A DNA stretch of 64,000 nucleotides from Azolla caroliniana (lineage: Eukaryota > Plantae > Polypodiophyta), in assembly GCA_043228905.1 (NCBI GenBank), contig JBHGNT010000020.1, positions 6,076,001 to 6,140,000 of the forward strand. The letters are read 5' to 3'. Under the pieces are notes generated by a model. It worked only from the letters and a program-made list of their open reading frames with translations, was not told the DNA's origin and searched no databases. Position 1 is the stretch's first letter, and every line of letters begins with the position of its first letter. Position numbers and translations under genes: made by a program. This document shows positions 25,893 through 37,435 of the stretch, piece by piece.

Positions 25893-28800
25893 TTGTAAGC
25901 CTAGAAAACATTGTAAGATGTAATCTCTTGTTTGGTCATATACACCATTTTGACTTCTTCAAAGACGAGAAAACATTGTAGATGCAATCTTTTGTTTGGT
26001 CTTATAGGCCATTTTGGCCTCTTAAGAGACATTAATAGCGCTTTCTATGTGAAGTTGGAAGTGAGAATTAACCAGAGAGTCTATCTTGAAAAAGATTAAA
26101 AATTCCATTGGGTATTCTAGCAGGATTCCAATCCATTGCAGCTTTCAGTGCCCATACGAACAGATGCCCTTACATATGCAGATGTCAGAACTATAAGAAC
26201 AGTGGATGATACTTTCAGTGACAAGTTACAATAACTTCTTGTATTTAACTTGTTCCAGATGACAGTCATAAGCTTTAAAAAGAAAATCAATCAAAAAGCT
26301 TGACCACTTTTCATTACAAGAATTGTTCATTAATTTTTCCTGAATATGCAAATACCCTTTATCAACCCTTCATAAATATTTTTCATTTATACCTTCTAAC
26401 ATGCATCAACTGCTCCAACTTACCATTTGTTCCTTTTCTGAAATATTCTTCATATCATATAACTTCAGAATCCCATTCATGTCTATGACTGCCAGGCGGG
26501 TTGAGTTAGAATTCAGTTCCATTGCTGTTAGATAATGTATAGAAATCTAGTTAGAAAATATTGGCAGAGTGCAAAAAATCTTGCGGCAAAATGTTATTTT
26601 AAAAATCTTTAGAAAAATACCCAATAAACTCCAAAGATATAATACCTTGAGGTCTACACTGCAGTAAATCTGTGCTTTCTAGCATAATTTGGGGAAGAAC
26701 AAAACGGTGAAGGATCCCAGAATCTCTTCCTACCATCAAGAATTCTTTGGAGGAGCAAATGCAACTGATTTGGTCATTGCAGTCTTTGAACTTTTCAGTT
26801 TTCTCCTATATCAGTACAGAAAACAAAGGTGTTGAAACTTTCAAAACATATAAATATTATAGATAAGACTGAAAGTTTCTTGATCTACCAAAGAAGAGAA
26901 CTGTATCATATGCAGCATAGCTAAAAATGCTTTACCTGAGAAGGTGCAAGGCCAAAGTGAGGATCCAGCTGGAAAGTATGACAATCATTTATTGCCTCTG
27001 ACTCTGATCTTGACATCAAGATCTCCTTCTTCGGTGAGCGAAGTTGACAACTTTGATAGTCCCAGCAGAACAATGAAATTTCAGATGCAACAAAAGCAAA
27101 CCTCTGCATTAAAATTGATGTAAGCATATTACTAACTTCTGAAACTTTTGGCTTTGACTATCACCTTGAAATTCAAAATCATGTTTCTATATTATTTTCA
27201 TAAGTAAATTGATTGGCAATAGAATAACCTTTCAGTTAACGACATTATGCTATAATGATTCACAAAACGATATGGTATTACAAATAGATCCAAATAACAC
27301 ACAGAGATGGGTCATCCTTTCTTCATGACAGTTACAGGTGTCTTACATTTTATTTTACTTTGCTCTCTCCTGAACAGCAAGAAAGGAACGAAGAGGTTGA
27401 CAACTAAACAATAGAGTTTGAACTTATGTCAGCAGCATAACACATAGTGAGGACTCATGAACACAGCTAGAATTATACAAGGAGATATTGCAGCACGGAG
27501 TCTGATGCAAGTTGTTAAGGGGTTGAACTTATATTTGTAACTCTTATTTTTACGGGTGTTTTCTGTACATTCTGAGCGCATGACCCACAGGATGTTTTTT
27601 TACTCTAAAAAGATATTTCATGGTTATCAATCAGTAAAGAAGACCAGGGCATGACAGGAGAGACTTGCAAAGCTCCACTGGTTCTCATTTTTTCAGATCC
27701 TTTTTTTTCGTTCTCATATTATGCAAATGGGACGGAGGCCATTTTGTACATATGAAAAATGTCATTGTCAATCAATATGATTACTAAATGCTGAAAGACC
27801 AAGATTTTCCAACTCTCATTAGATTCCAAACACCCTGTTACTTACAGAATTCATTGACAGAAATTGAGGCTCCACGGTTGTGGATTTAGAAGAAACACAT
27901 TGTCCAAAAGAGTTACACAGATTCAGATCATAATTACCAGCTCCATCACCCTGTTTCAATTTACAAATACTTTCTTAATACATCACTTCTGAATTATTCA
28001 TATGCTTTGGTGCTCTTTCATAGTTCTTTTACCTAAGAAATTTTTTTATGTAGAAATTTTAAGATGCTGCACATCTAATAAAACAGAGACAATTTATTAA
28101 TTAAAAACACTCATAAGGGGGTGGATCACATCAAACACATGAATGCTCAATGCTGTGGAAAAGACTTCACGCTGACAATATCTATGACTCCCAATGTCAT
28201 ACTGTCAATGATTTGTAGAAATGTAGGGTGGAATGGTCGGATCATCTTGAGACATCCAACAAAAATGATGCGGGATGCAACGAAAAAAGATATCGATTGG
28301 ACATTTGTCTTATGACTTCAACCTTCCAATTTTGGTAGTTCAATCATAAGGGATCGTCAATGATTGTTATATAATCACAAGGGATGGAGTTCCTTTATGG
28401 TGGAATGCAACAATAGAATGCGAGATGCAATAGAAAAGGACTTCAAGCTGACAAACTTCTATGACTTAGAATCTTCAGCATTCATAAGAGATCGCCAAAT
28501 ATTCACACAAATGTAGTGTAAAATGGCTGGATATCCCTAAGACATCCAACTGAAATGAATGCAATGGAAATGAGCAACAATCTTCTATGACTCCAAATAT
28601 TTAGCATTCATAAAGAATTCTCAATGATTAGCACAAACATTGAGTAGAATGACTGGAATGCCTTAAGATATTCAACAGAAATAAATGTTAGATACAGTAG
28701 AAATAGACGACAAACTGATAATCATCTGATTTCCAAGTTCCACATTTGGCAGTCATAGGACTGTCAATGATAATTATATCACAAAAATGGGTGGAGTTCC

Positions 28801-31800
28801 TTTAAGATAGAATCCAGCAATAGAATTCTAGAAAGAAAAAGACTTCAAGCTAACAATTTTCTATAACCTGCATTTGAAAGCAGCCATAAAAGGACAGTCA
28901 AAAGATTATTATGGAAGAAAAACTGCCAAGGTAGCCATAAAAGAAAGGTGTGGAGTGCAACTTCTGCACATATATAGTTCACAATATTTCAGAATGTTTG
29001 TGAAAGTTTCCTAAAATAATTCCAAGTATAACTTCATTCTTAAGACCATTTACATAAATTTGCGCCTTATGAATTCATATCCTAATACAGCAAGACCCAC
29101 ACATCAATAACAACCACAAAGTGGGTAGACTGGTTAAGAGTTTTAGACCTAAACTTTGCTATACCCTTGGCAATTATATTGGTTATTCACTTAATTTCAT
29201 CAAAGCATAAAACATTTCAATGAGTGGAACTCATTATTGAGGGAAAAAAACCCTAATAAGATATTGAATGAGGTCTATTGTTTTTCAGAAAATATATGTA
29301 GTACCATTGTTGCAAGCATGCAATATTCTTCATTTCCACATATTCTGATCAAGCCTTTTATGAATTTAGAATGCCTGAAATTTTCAGATATTTTCTTGTT
29401 TCAAAAACGATTTCATCAAATAAACTGCATAAAGAAAAGAGCCCATTACATGAGATATAACAACTGAGAAGAATCTGGTTCTATCTTAATTGTTTTCACT
29501 ATCTATGAAATATGCAATATTCAATGAGGGATGTACCATAAAGAACCAGTTATATTGTAAACTGAAATTTTCCACATGTTCCATATTAATATATTTACCC
29601 AAAATTTATGTGCCTCTCTTCTTACATGGAATGTCAGTTATCAAATGATATATAGAAACCCTTTAAGACAAACCATCATTAAGAATACAGGGATACCTTT
29701 CTCCATTATTGATATCCCAGAATATAACACAATAGTCTTCGCTTCCTTTCTTTTGGAAACTATAAACACATGTGCTTCCATTGAAGAATGACCATTTGTA
29801 TTCTGGTCTAATGTTGGCAAGATATATATAAGAATCCACTGCCAAGGCTAATTTAAGGCCACCCCCTTCCCAAGCCAGTGTACTGAAGACATATGTACAT
29901 ACAAAGAAAAAGACTGATCAGTTCCAAACGAAGCTTGAGCATTAAAATATTTAACAGAAAACAAACATCAGAAACAAAAATTTGGTTACAAGTTTTCCAT
30001 TATACCTACCAAAATTATCTCAGAATGAGGAAAAGAAGGTTGGCCTAGTAGTTCAGATTCTTCCCTTCTAAGACCTGTGTTGGGAGTTCAACAACTCCCC
30101 CCCCCCCCCAACCATGATTGGCATTGTATCATCTCTTACCTTACTTTCCTGAACAGTCATGGCTTAATTTCCTCTTAGCACTACTCTACATCCATGTTTC
30201 TATTGTCCTTTTATTTAGATGGCCACATGAGCAAATTGAACATAAAACCTTGTAGTATTAATATTTATTTCATTAGATTCCGACCACTAAATTGTCAACA
30301 TGGAATGGAAAAGAATTTAGGTCTTTCTAGTTTTTGTTGTATGCAAATATCTATTCGGGATCTCCAGTTCGGCCGACTAGATTTACAAATCTAAGTGATT
30401 AACTCATTGCTATACTTAAATATCGATCCAAAAACCTAACAGTTTCCATATACATTGCATTGAATGTGAGCAATGATTACCTGCTGACGCTGAAGCATAA
30501 AGAAAACATAACCACAAACAAAGGATTATTGCCTTCAAGTCAATATAGAGATGCCTTTTGTTTCACAGCCAAATTATATGAGTTCATCGCAAAAAAATGT
30601 TTCAAAAAAGTACCTTATGTTTTTCCCCGGTATTTGTAAAGTGCGAAGATGTATCCCATTGTGCGAATATAACTGCACACTTGGGCGATTTTCCACAGCA
30701 CCACGCATTTCAGACTTCTCAGTTCCAACAACACCTAAAACTTCACCATTTGGACTCCATCTAATGCGAGAAATGTTCATGTTTGTATCTATTAATACAG
30801 GCTCTTCATCGAGTTCATGCCTCATCATCTATAAGCAAGTAATAATTTGTGAGTATACTTCACACACATCAATTAAAATGAAAGAATGATTTTTTACCCA
30901 TTAAAATGTAGACATGTGTGTCTGGTTTTATGGCATAAAATAAATCAAAGAAGAGAAAGTTTTAAATCATAAAGTTGGACCTGAATTTTCCCATTATAGA
31001 GTGCAACTGCCAAAGTTGGGGCTCGCGAATCATACCCATCAGCCTTACTGAACCAATCAATGCCCATTATTGACGGTATTTCTACTTTAGAATCAAAACA
31101 GATATGTAATCGTGAAAGAAAATTTCCAATATAATCATGAATGTTGCATTGTCCCTGTGTTAGTCACATATTGTCAATCCATATTAGCATTACTCAACAG
31201 AGAAAACTCTCGTTCATGTTACCTTCTCATTATTTAATTTAATTAAAATAAACGACAGTATACAATGTTCACAATATACTATGAATTTAGATTCTTCCAA
31301 TGAGCTCTAGATCAAGGCGGAATTTCTTTCTCTATTCTTCAAAAATTTAAATTTTGATGAAGCCAAGGAGAATAGCGACACATTGTTAAAGTTGCATAAA
31401 ATACGGAGGAAGCACAGAGAATTATTTAGCACAGAGCATACAATGGAGAGCAAGAAAAACACAACATGAAAGGTCCTGAGCTGCCCGATCACACTGTGGG
31501 ACACATGAGATCGATGTGTATCCATGTAAGGCCTGTAAATATCTACGAAAAAGTCGAATATAAGCAGCCTTCCATGGGGAGAACCAATGACCTGTGAATG
31601 TTATTCCTAGATGTGCATCGGATTGTGTGTATGCCACCTTTTCCTCTTCCAAGAAGAATTCCAGTTCTGATCTCGTTACATACTCCTAAATCACCCAATC
31701 TCTCATGTAATTAGATATCTCATCGATATAAAGACTGAAACAAGTAGGTGATAGGAGCATCCTTATTTACTCCAATCATGCTAGCCACAACCTCCCATAC

Positions 31801-34800
31801 ACCAATAGGAATATGTACTTTTCTTGAAAATGATCCATGGGTGCATAGAATTGCATATCTACTAGAATTCTGACAGCTTCTGGTCATTGCCTGAGCTGAG
31901 CATAGTGGAAAAACGTCAAAAGCTTTCTAGAAATCCACAAATCAACAATAGATTCTATGTGATCTTCCCTCCTCAATAAGGCTCAGCTCGGAGAGGCAGT
32001 ATGTGATCGAAAGTTGTGAAAACTTTTCAGAAACCTGCATGTCCAGCTGAACAACAGCCATTTCAGAAACCTGCCATTGCAGGTGCTTCCCTCGCTTCGG
32101 AGACCTCTCCATTCTGGATCGACCTATTCTAGAGATCTTTCGAAGATAAAAATTATAACATATTTAACATGAGAATCTCACATGTGCAGAAAACCAGATT
32201 CCCTCGTCTCTTTTTATCTTATTTAATTTTATATTTACTGAGTAATAGTTATTTTATTTTGATTTGTTGTTCTCAAAGACGAGACAACGCTTAAGATGTA
32301 ACCTCTTGTTTGGTCCTATAGGCCATTTTGGCCTCTTAAAAGACGTTAATATTTCTTTCTTTCTCCAACCATAGTCTCAATTCTAAGTCTAGGATCAAAC
32401 CCTATAGTTTAGCAAAGTAACACCCTAACAGGGATCATAATTATTGTGCCCCCTTATCATAACTTTCAGTAGTTAATTGTCTTTATTATTTTTAGAAAAA
32501 TCATTTCACACGTGAAGTTGCAACCTCCTCTTTCCAATAATTAATTTTACACTTCTATCCATGTTTATTATAACTTAAGGACCTTATCAATGAGCTAACC
32601 TAGAAGGGCTTCCAAAGTTCAAACCCATGACGAATCTCACAATATTCCCATTCCCATTGGCTGAACTTCACAGCAAATTTATCAAGCTCAAGACCAACGT
32701 ATTTGATGTTTGTAGCAAAATAATTTTCAAAGCAAGGTCTTATCCAAAGGACTTTACGATGACTGTTTGAATCTACCTGTCTCTGTATATGGATAGAGAT
32801 TCCTTTTGATAGGTTGAACAAAGGTTCCATCTCCTTCAGCAAATCTCTTAATCTAGCATATTGATGGTTCTTGCTATCATTCAAGGCTTGTGGTTGTTAA
32901 ATGAAGTGTGGAGGAATATGGAAGATTCTTGTTACATCTATTGGACAGCATAAAGGACCAACTCGTGATTTTCAGTGAAATATTGTCCAATGAGGCACAA
33001 AAGAGAAGTATTGCATGGTTAATATGGGACCTTACTTCATCAATAAAAAACTTAGCTCAGAAAGTAGAGCATCCTCACAACTAGACTTTACATTGTAGGG
33101 CCAGATCATGAATATGATGTAGGTGACACTATTTCATCAATTCAGAAAAGTAAGAAAGATAAGTTGTGGATAAGAAAATCATGATTCGAGACTGAATCGC
33201 TGGAGAATTTTGCAAATTTTCCCTCATACAAGTCATGTACGAAACATGCAAACTCATACTGAGAAAATGTTTAGACATGTACAAAAGAACATACTTGCAT
33301 ATAAAAACACAATTTTAGGTACATTTTTTCATTCAAAAACAATCATTAGACAATGCACGAAACAAATATGCCATCCATGCATTAGAAACTTCAGATATGA
33401 AGAAACTTACGTCCTTTGTGCCAAAAAGCAAGAGTCTTCCATCCGGCGACCAATCCACTGTACTTAGCTTCACATTCAGGTTTTTTCCCCAGATTCTATC
33501 TCCATCGACACTCCCAACAATCACTTGCCCATCCTCGTATATGATGCAAATTTTTTTTCCATCAACAGACCATTTCATGTCTTTCACTAAACTTTTGTTT
33601 CTGCTGTTGACCATTTCTTCAAACCACATTCCCTGAAAACATTATATGAACAATAAGTCTGGATTTAATTTGAATAAAAATTTCAGATATCTTAGAACTA
33701 CAAAGCAACCTAAAAGTAGCTTACACAGTCAAAACTGTATGAAAAACTTCAAATAATAAGGAGAAATTATTCTACGATAGAGCATTAACCTTAGACCCTT
33801 CACAAAAATGAATGTAGAGTCAAAGTGGAAAGACATCACTTATCTTTGGCAGTTTTACAGCTCTAGTTATATCTATTTTTATTTGTTCTAAAAGGTGAGA
33901 TGTCATTTTAAGATGTAATCTCTCGTTCAGTCTAATAGTCCATTTTGGTCTCTTATTTTTCCATTTTCTTTGTAAAAGACCATAATGTATTGCAAGGCCT
34001 TACGAAGATTACACGTATTCATGTTAATTTGTCAATGTAAGTATGGACCTACTCTAGCCTCCTTGAAATGTAATGTGTGTATTAAAACAATTACAAGCAA
34101 CACAAAAAGCATGTTCTTCTGCAAGCTATCTTGTATCAAAACTGAGAAAGTAAGATTGGAAACCTTATGGAGGATCCATACAATAATGAGACCTCTGTCA
34201 TCACTAGATGTCAGCTTCCGATAGTTCTCATTCCATTGTACAACAAGGACTGAACCTTGGTGTCCTTCAAGGGTTTGATTCATTGAAAGATTTGACTGTG
34301 CTGCAGAGAAAGGATCCTTGACTTCATTTTCACACGATGTTCCTGATGCGGGAAGTTTCAAGACCTGATTATGAACAAGTAAATCAAGAGTTAGTAGTGA
34401 ATGAATATGCACATTGGTTATGTATACATACACATGCAGAAGAAGAAAACACAAAGGCATGAACATGATAACATTTTGACTTAGTACACTTCAAGATTAT
34501 GTCCCTCCTAAACTCAATTAACTATTATTTCTTTTCTTCACACTCTATGTTGTATCCTTCTGCATCTTGTGATGAAGATCTTTAAAGAACTCTTTCGATG
34601 AGCAACTTTATTTTAGAGTGGCCATTATTGAGCTCTAACTTGTCATATTTGAATTCCCTGGTATCATTTTGAATGGGGTATCTTTTCTGACACAAAAGAG
34701 TTCCACTTCATCTGGCATTAACAGGCAAACATCATGCAAGACACGGAAACTTTGGCAAACATCCTTTAATGCATTCAGTGCCTCTCGAGGTTTTGCATAA

Positions 34801-35802
34801 TGGAGTGTGTAATCGAGTTATCACTTTACAAACCATACATTGAGATCCTTTTCAGATAGAAAAGCATTATTTATTTAAGGCAGCATTTCCATAAGAAAAG
34901 GTTAATCGTGGCTAAAATAATTTACTGTATTGATGGCCATTTAATATGTTCCTCCTGTCCAAGTTCGCAAGATATTGTTAGACAACATAGAGTGTGCAAC
35001 AAGGTTTAATATGAATCCAAAGATTTGATCCACGACAAAATTCTATCATTGACCACCCATGCTCTTCTCTCAGTTGAAGGAAGGCATGTATGAATGGCCA
35101 AAGGTAATAAATATCATGACGAAATGGAACAAGTTCTCATGATCCAAATCTAAACACATGGGAGGGAGAGGAAGCAAACGTGCCATGATCCTCCCTATGA
35201 TGGTCCTTAACCATTCCACGTGTATGTAGCATTATTGCATGTGTTTAGCACAAATTCATGGGACCCCTAGCCAAAGTTCATGACCCTGTGATTATTAGCC
35301 TTTGCAAATACCACACATACCTCCTCACCTCGGAAATATTACCTAGTGGCCCTAAGCAACATGGTAGTGTCTGGACTCTGGTGAGCACATCCATGTTCAG
35401 GATGAGACATTGGCTCAAATATTTACAGGCACATGGGAATTTACAAACACTGTCAATCAATCACATTTTCAAATCCGGGTCGGATTTTCCAAACGATCTA
35501 AAATCATGTAGTTTTTCGAATTTCTAAGTGAGCCAATTACAACACCACATCATTCATGGAGCTCCAAATGAAGAGACCATAACATGACATGGTACAGCAT
35601 AATCGTTAGACATTGCATTGCATACAATACCATAATGCAAAACAAAAGGAGATGTAAATAAAGATCAAATCTAAGACTGATTTACCTTGAGGAGGCCATT
35701 GTCCCCCCCACAAGCAAGCCATCCTTGCTGAGCGTTCCACGCAAGGCTCCTCAGACGAGTGCCACCTGGCATGCTCACTTTCTTGTTCAGGTACACAAAC
35801 AT
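8663..35802 (-). CDS. WDR35: Intraflagellar transport protein 121 / WD repeat-containing protein 35 (IFT-A subunit); 21 exons traced, 3' terminal exon(s) not found in window
   Basis: Exons (minus strand, all GT-AG, phases consistent, total 3318 nt): 35802-35686, 34364-34164, 33632-33411, 31154-30981, 30828-30614, 29882-29697, 29374-29305, 27950-27846, 27103-26936, 26805-26646, 26524-26424, 19315-19133, 16950-16726, 16655-16569, 13308-13202, 12840-12570, 11817-11557, 11458-11375, 10286-10167, 9974-9888, 8836-8663. The translation follows WDR35 motifs recalled from animal/algal orthologues: [115 protein letters not shown]. An in-frame TAA lies upstream of the ATG. Confidence 0.95.
9888..9974 (-). 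CDS. WDR35: WDR35/IFT121 exon 20
   Basis: [29 protein letters not shown]. Confidence 0.88.
10167..10286 (-). CDS. WDR35: WDR35/IFT121 exon 19
   Basis: [19 protein letters not shown]. Confidence 0.88.
11375..11458 (-). CDS. WDR35: WDR35/IFT121 exon 18
   Basis: [20 protein letters not shown], matches the KKLYVLxAL motif. Confidence 0.78.
11557..11817 (-). CDS. WDR35: WDR35/IFT121 exon 17
   Basis: VCAFIQ...[16 protein letters not shown]...AATLL. Confidence 0.85.
12570..12840 (-). CDS. WDR35: WDR35/IFT121 exon 16
   Basis: [12 protein letters not shown]...VGMCDQA|GTGAGT. Confidence 0.9.
13202..13308 (-). CDS. WDR35: WDR35/IFT121 exon 15
   Basis: [15 protein letters not shown]...DLALQM...GRWF|GTGAGT. 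Confidence 0.9.
13472..14041 (+). mobile_element. Probable solo LTR with internal tandem repeats
   Basis: TGTCAC…GTAACA inverted termini, TATA-like CCTAAATAGGGG, pyrimidine-rich U5-like end; no clean TSD. Confidence 0.5.
13673..13909 (+). repeat. 79-bp tandem repeat x3
   Basis: ATTCATGGCCTAAATAGGGG… at 13673, 13752 and 13831; preceded by 2 x ~59-bp units (13568-13682). Confidence 0.92.
14860..16150 (+). mobile_element. Highly degenerate RTEX-like LINE
   Basis: Remnants HLNALKSFC…VNLDK…VFNST, RPLV…[16 protein letters not shown]. Confidence 0.65.
16569..16655 (-). CDS. WDR35: WDR35/IFT121 exon 14
   Basis: [17 protein letters not shown]...KAE|GTAAGT. Confidence 0.9.
16726..16950 (-). CDS. WDR35: WDR35/IFT121 exon 13
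   Basis: [10 protein letters not shown]...[23 protein letters not shown]. Confidence 0.92.
17205..17478 (-). mobile_element. LINE family 1 3'-end fragment
   Basis: 3' hairpin, TTTC tail and end of ORF2. Confidence 0.75.
17490..18855 (+). mobile_element. Degenerate/composite LINE family 1 with ~170-bp internal tandem duplication (17630-17968)
   Basis: RT remnant (AFDTV…LMQRL), well-preserved 3' part 18145-18855 ending in hairpin and TTTC. Confidence 0.75.
19133..19315 (-). CDS. WDR35: WDR35/IFT121 exon 12
   Basis: [27 protein letters not shown]...EEP. Confidence 0.92.
19960..20172 (+). mobile_element. LINE family 1 3'-end fragment (variant 3' UTR)
   Basis: AAGATGTAATCTCC…ATAGGCCATTTTCGCCTCTTAA. 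Confidence 0.7.
20175..25891 (+). mobile_element. Near-complete-ORF2 RTEX-like LINE (composite): ORF1 tail, APE endonuclease, RT with core deletion, tandem array, 3' UTR and (TTTC)n tail
   Basis: ORF1 end ([11 protein letters not shown]…TGA 20232); ORF2 ATG at 20239 [15 protein letters not shown]; APE motifs LLGDLNA, STIDY and ADH; RT remnants; tail 25851-25891; 24398-24528 is repeated at 24896-25026 around an older 3'-end (24530-24890). Confidence 0.88.
22041..23813 (+). repeat. Perfect 182-bp tandem array, ~9.7 copies, derived from LINE RT sequence
   Basis: Units start at 22041, 22223, 22405 … 23679; identical 99-aa and 63-aa ORFs recur every 182 bp in the ORF track. Confidence 0.97.
25915..26035 (+). 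mobile_element. Two tandem very short LINE family 1 3' termini
   Basis: AAGATGTAATCTCTTGTTTGG… occurs twice directly after the (TTTC)n tail. Confidence 0.7.
26424..26524 (-). CDS. WDR35: WDR35/IFT121 exon 11
   Basis: [23 protein letters not shown]...|GTAAGT. Confidence 0.88.
26646..26805 (-). CDS. WDR35: WDR35/IFT121 exon 10
   Basis: [28 protein letters not shown]...CRPQ. Confidence 0.88.
26936..27103 (-). CDS. WDR35: WDR35/IFT121 exon 9
   Basis: [16 protein letters not shown]...APSQ|GTAAA. Confidence 0.8.
27846..27950 (-). CDS. WDR35: WDR35/IFT121 exon 8
   Basis: [16 protein letters not shown]...EPQFLSMNS|GTAAGT. Confidence 0.85.
28140..28915. repeat. Degenerate ~120-150-bp tandem repeat, ~6 units
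   Basis: Recurring GATGCAA…GACTTCAAGCTGACAA…CTATGACT and AGACATCCAAC motifs. Confidence 0.6.
29305..29374 (-). CDS. WDR35: WDR35/IFT121 exon 7
   Basis: [23 protein letters not shown], phase fits neighbouring exons. Confidence 0.82.
29697..29882 (-). CDS. WDR35: WDR35/IFT121 exon 6
   Basis: [30 protein letters not shown]...VIFWD. Confidence 0.92.
30614..30828 (-). CDS. WDR35: WDR35/IFT121 exon 5
   Basis: [17 protein letters not shown]...[12 protein letters not shown], phase 2 end. Confidence 0.9.
30981..31154 (-). CDS. WDR35: WDR35/IFT121 exon 4
   Basis: [12 protein letters not shown]...[17 protein letters not shown] bounded. Confidence 0.88.
31480..32070 (-). mobile_element. Degenerate, internally deleted LINE family 1 RT fragment
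   Basis: [15 protein letters not shown] and CFVDF-like remnants. Confidence 0.65.
32073..32363 (+). mobile_element. LINE family 1 3'-end fragment
   Basis: End of ORF2, 3' hairpin and TTTC tail. Confidence 0.8.
33411..33632 (-). CDS. WDR35: WDR35/IFT121 exon 3
   Basis: [14 protein letters not shown]...LLLFGTKD|GTAAGT. Confidence 0.93.
34164..34364 (-). CDS. WDR35: WDR35/IFT121 exon 2
   Basis: CAG|VLKL...[15 protein letters not shown]...IIVWILHK|GT. Confidence 0.93.
35686..35802 (-). CDS. WDR35: WDR35/IFT121 exon 1
   Basis: [39 protein letters not shown], donor AAG|GTAAA. Confidence 0.93.
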
Positions 35803-35814
35803 CGAACACGCGAC

Positions 35815-35990
35815 GAAGAAGAAGGAGCAGAAGCAGCAATGATGATGATGATGATGATGTCGTTAATATATATGTGTTGGTCTTGGTCTTGGTCTTGGTC
35901 TTAGTCTTGGTCTTGGTCGTCGTCGTCGTCTGCTGCTGCTGCTGCTGCTGCTGTTGATGGTGGTGGTGGTGGTGGTGGTGGTGGTGGTGG
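35815..35990. repeat. Compound microsatellite immediately upstream of the WDR35 ATG
   Basis: (GAT)n, (TTGGTC)n, (GTC)n, (GCT)n and (GGT)n blocks in series. Confidence 0.9.
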
Positions 35991-36262
35991 CACTGAGGCC
36001 AAGCAGACAGACAGACATAAAACGCGCGCAGGCAGAGAGAGAGCAAGAATTCGTGCAGTAGTTTTTTGCAGCAGCCTCCTAACTACTAAATAAACGCTCC
36101 TGGTCAACCCAACCAACAAATACATACAAACTGAAACAAACAAACAAACAAACAAGGAAAGGGAAGTGAAGGGAAGGGAAGGAGCCGTCCGTTCGTCATG
36201 GTCATGGTCATGGACCATGCCACATGGTCATATGAGGTCACGGTCATGATAGTGTATGCACA

Positions 36263-36295
<33 letters not shown>

Positions 36296-36559
36296 CATTC
36301 GCTTCAATGCTTGGTCTCGGAATTTTATGTCCATGTCTCGCAATAATGAACTTTCAAGATATGGTATCAGTGACCATACGTTCATAACCAATATCTTAGT
36401 GTGAATGTGAATAAACGACATATGTCACTGTGTCATTTGTGATTATAATTATCGTTTGTTGCACAAGAAGAATACTACATAGTATTAAGAAATGCCCTAC
36501 AATTGTACATGAAATATGTACATTTAGGTAATGACCCCCATGCTAAGTTCTAATTGTCG

Positions 36560-37435
36560 ATTGACTAGCAAGCACATTTTGGCAAAGCCAATTCCAATTC
36601 GGCTCTAGTGGTCTACTATGACAGCCAAGGTGTTGTGACCTTATCGAAGAATCTAGTTCATCACAACTTGTCGAAACATGTCGACATTCGATATCATTTC
36701 GTTCAAGATTGCGTAACTTCAGTGAAGCTTGACCTCGAGAAATTCTCTATGGCGGACAATGTAGCAGACAGGATGACCAAGTGTCTTTCAGCTAACCGAT
36801 TCCCATCATTAAGGCACCAAATGGGTTTAAGGATAAATCAAGCCAATTGAGTCGGACAACAGAGATGGCTTTTGACAGTCGACCTCGACACTTCGGGATT
36901 TGGCTTTCAGTAATCGGCATAGACGATCTAGCTTCTACTCTCGAACCAATTGATTCGGCCTCTGTTCTTTCCATCATTGCCGATTCAGCTATAAGCCGAT
37001 CTATCCTAACATCTCTGTATTGTATTGATTTATATTACATATTCTTTTATTGTATATGCCCATTACAGGGGAGTGTCATGCGACTACATAACGGCCGTAT
37101 TCACACCATCCCACTTGGACAGACTAGGTCTAGGACATTTTTGTAATTAGACTAAAGGGCAGTTGCCTTAGCTTAATTACTTTATAACTGAGCTTGTAAC
37201 CTAGTTCAAGTTTATGTTGCTGCCTCCATTTGCTTTGAAACTCATATTTGAATAATATCGTTACTTCGTTGTGCCATTACTATCTTTCTCTCTCACACAT
37301 CATGTTTCTTGATCTTGATCCTATTAAGTTGTCTTTGTCTTGTTCATCTGTTCATTTTGATTAAGTCTATCAACCTGTGGTTCTTCATCTCTTAATGTTG
37401 TTTTTGTTTCCGCATTGACGGCCTCATCTCCAACA
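36560..37435 (+). mobile_element. Ty1/copia 3' remnant: RNase H end, PPT and 3' LTR (37074-37435)
   Basis: SKHVDIRYHFVQD…DNVADRMTKCL; ACAGGGGAG directly before TGTCATG; LTR ends CTCCAACA. Confidence 0.82.

Noticed and set aside
31480-32363. Twin-priming inverted LINE insertion
   Set aside because: The geometry fits, but the two halves differ markedly in decay and no TSD was found; independent insertions are more likely.
32600-32884. 94-aa intronic ORF as a WDR35 exon or nested gene
   Set aside because: No WDR35 similarity, exons 3 and 4 join in phase without it, and no recognisable domain.
35606-36421. Poly-H/Q/T/P ORFs as proteins
   Set aside because: These are microsatellite read-through; the real WDR35 ATG at 35802 is in another frame with an upstream in-frame stop.
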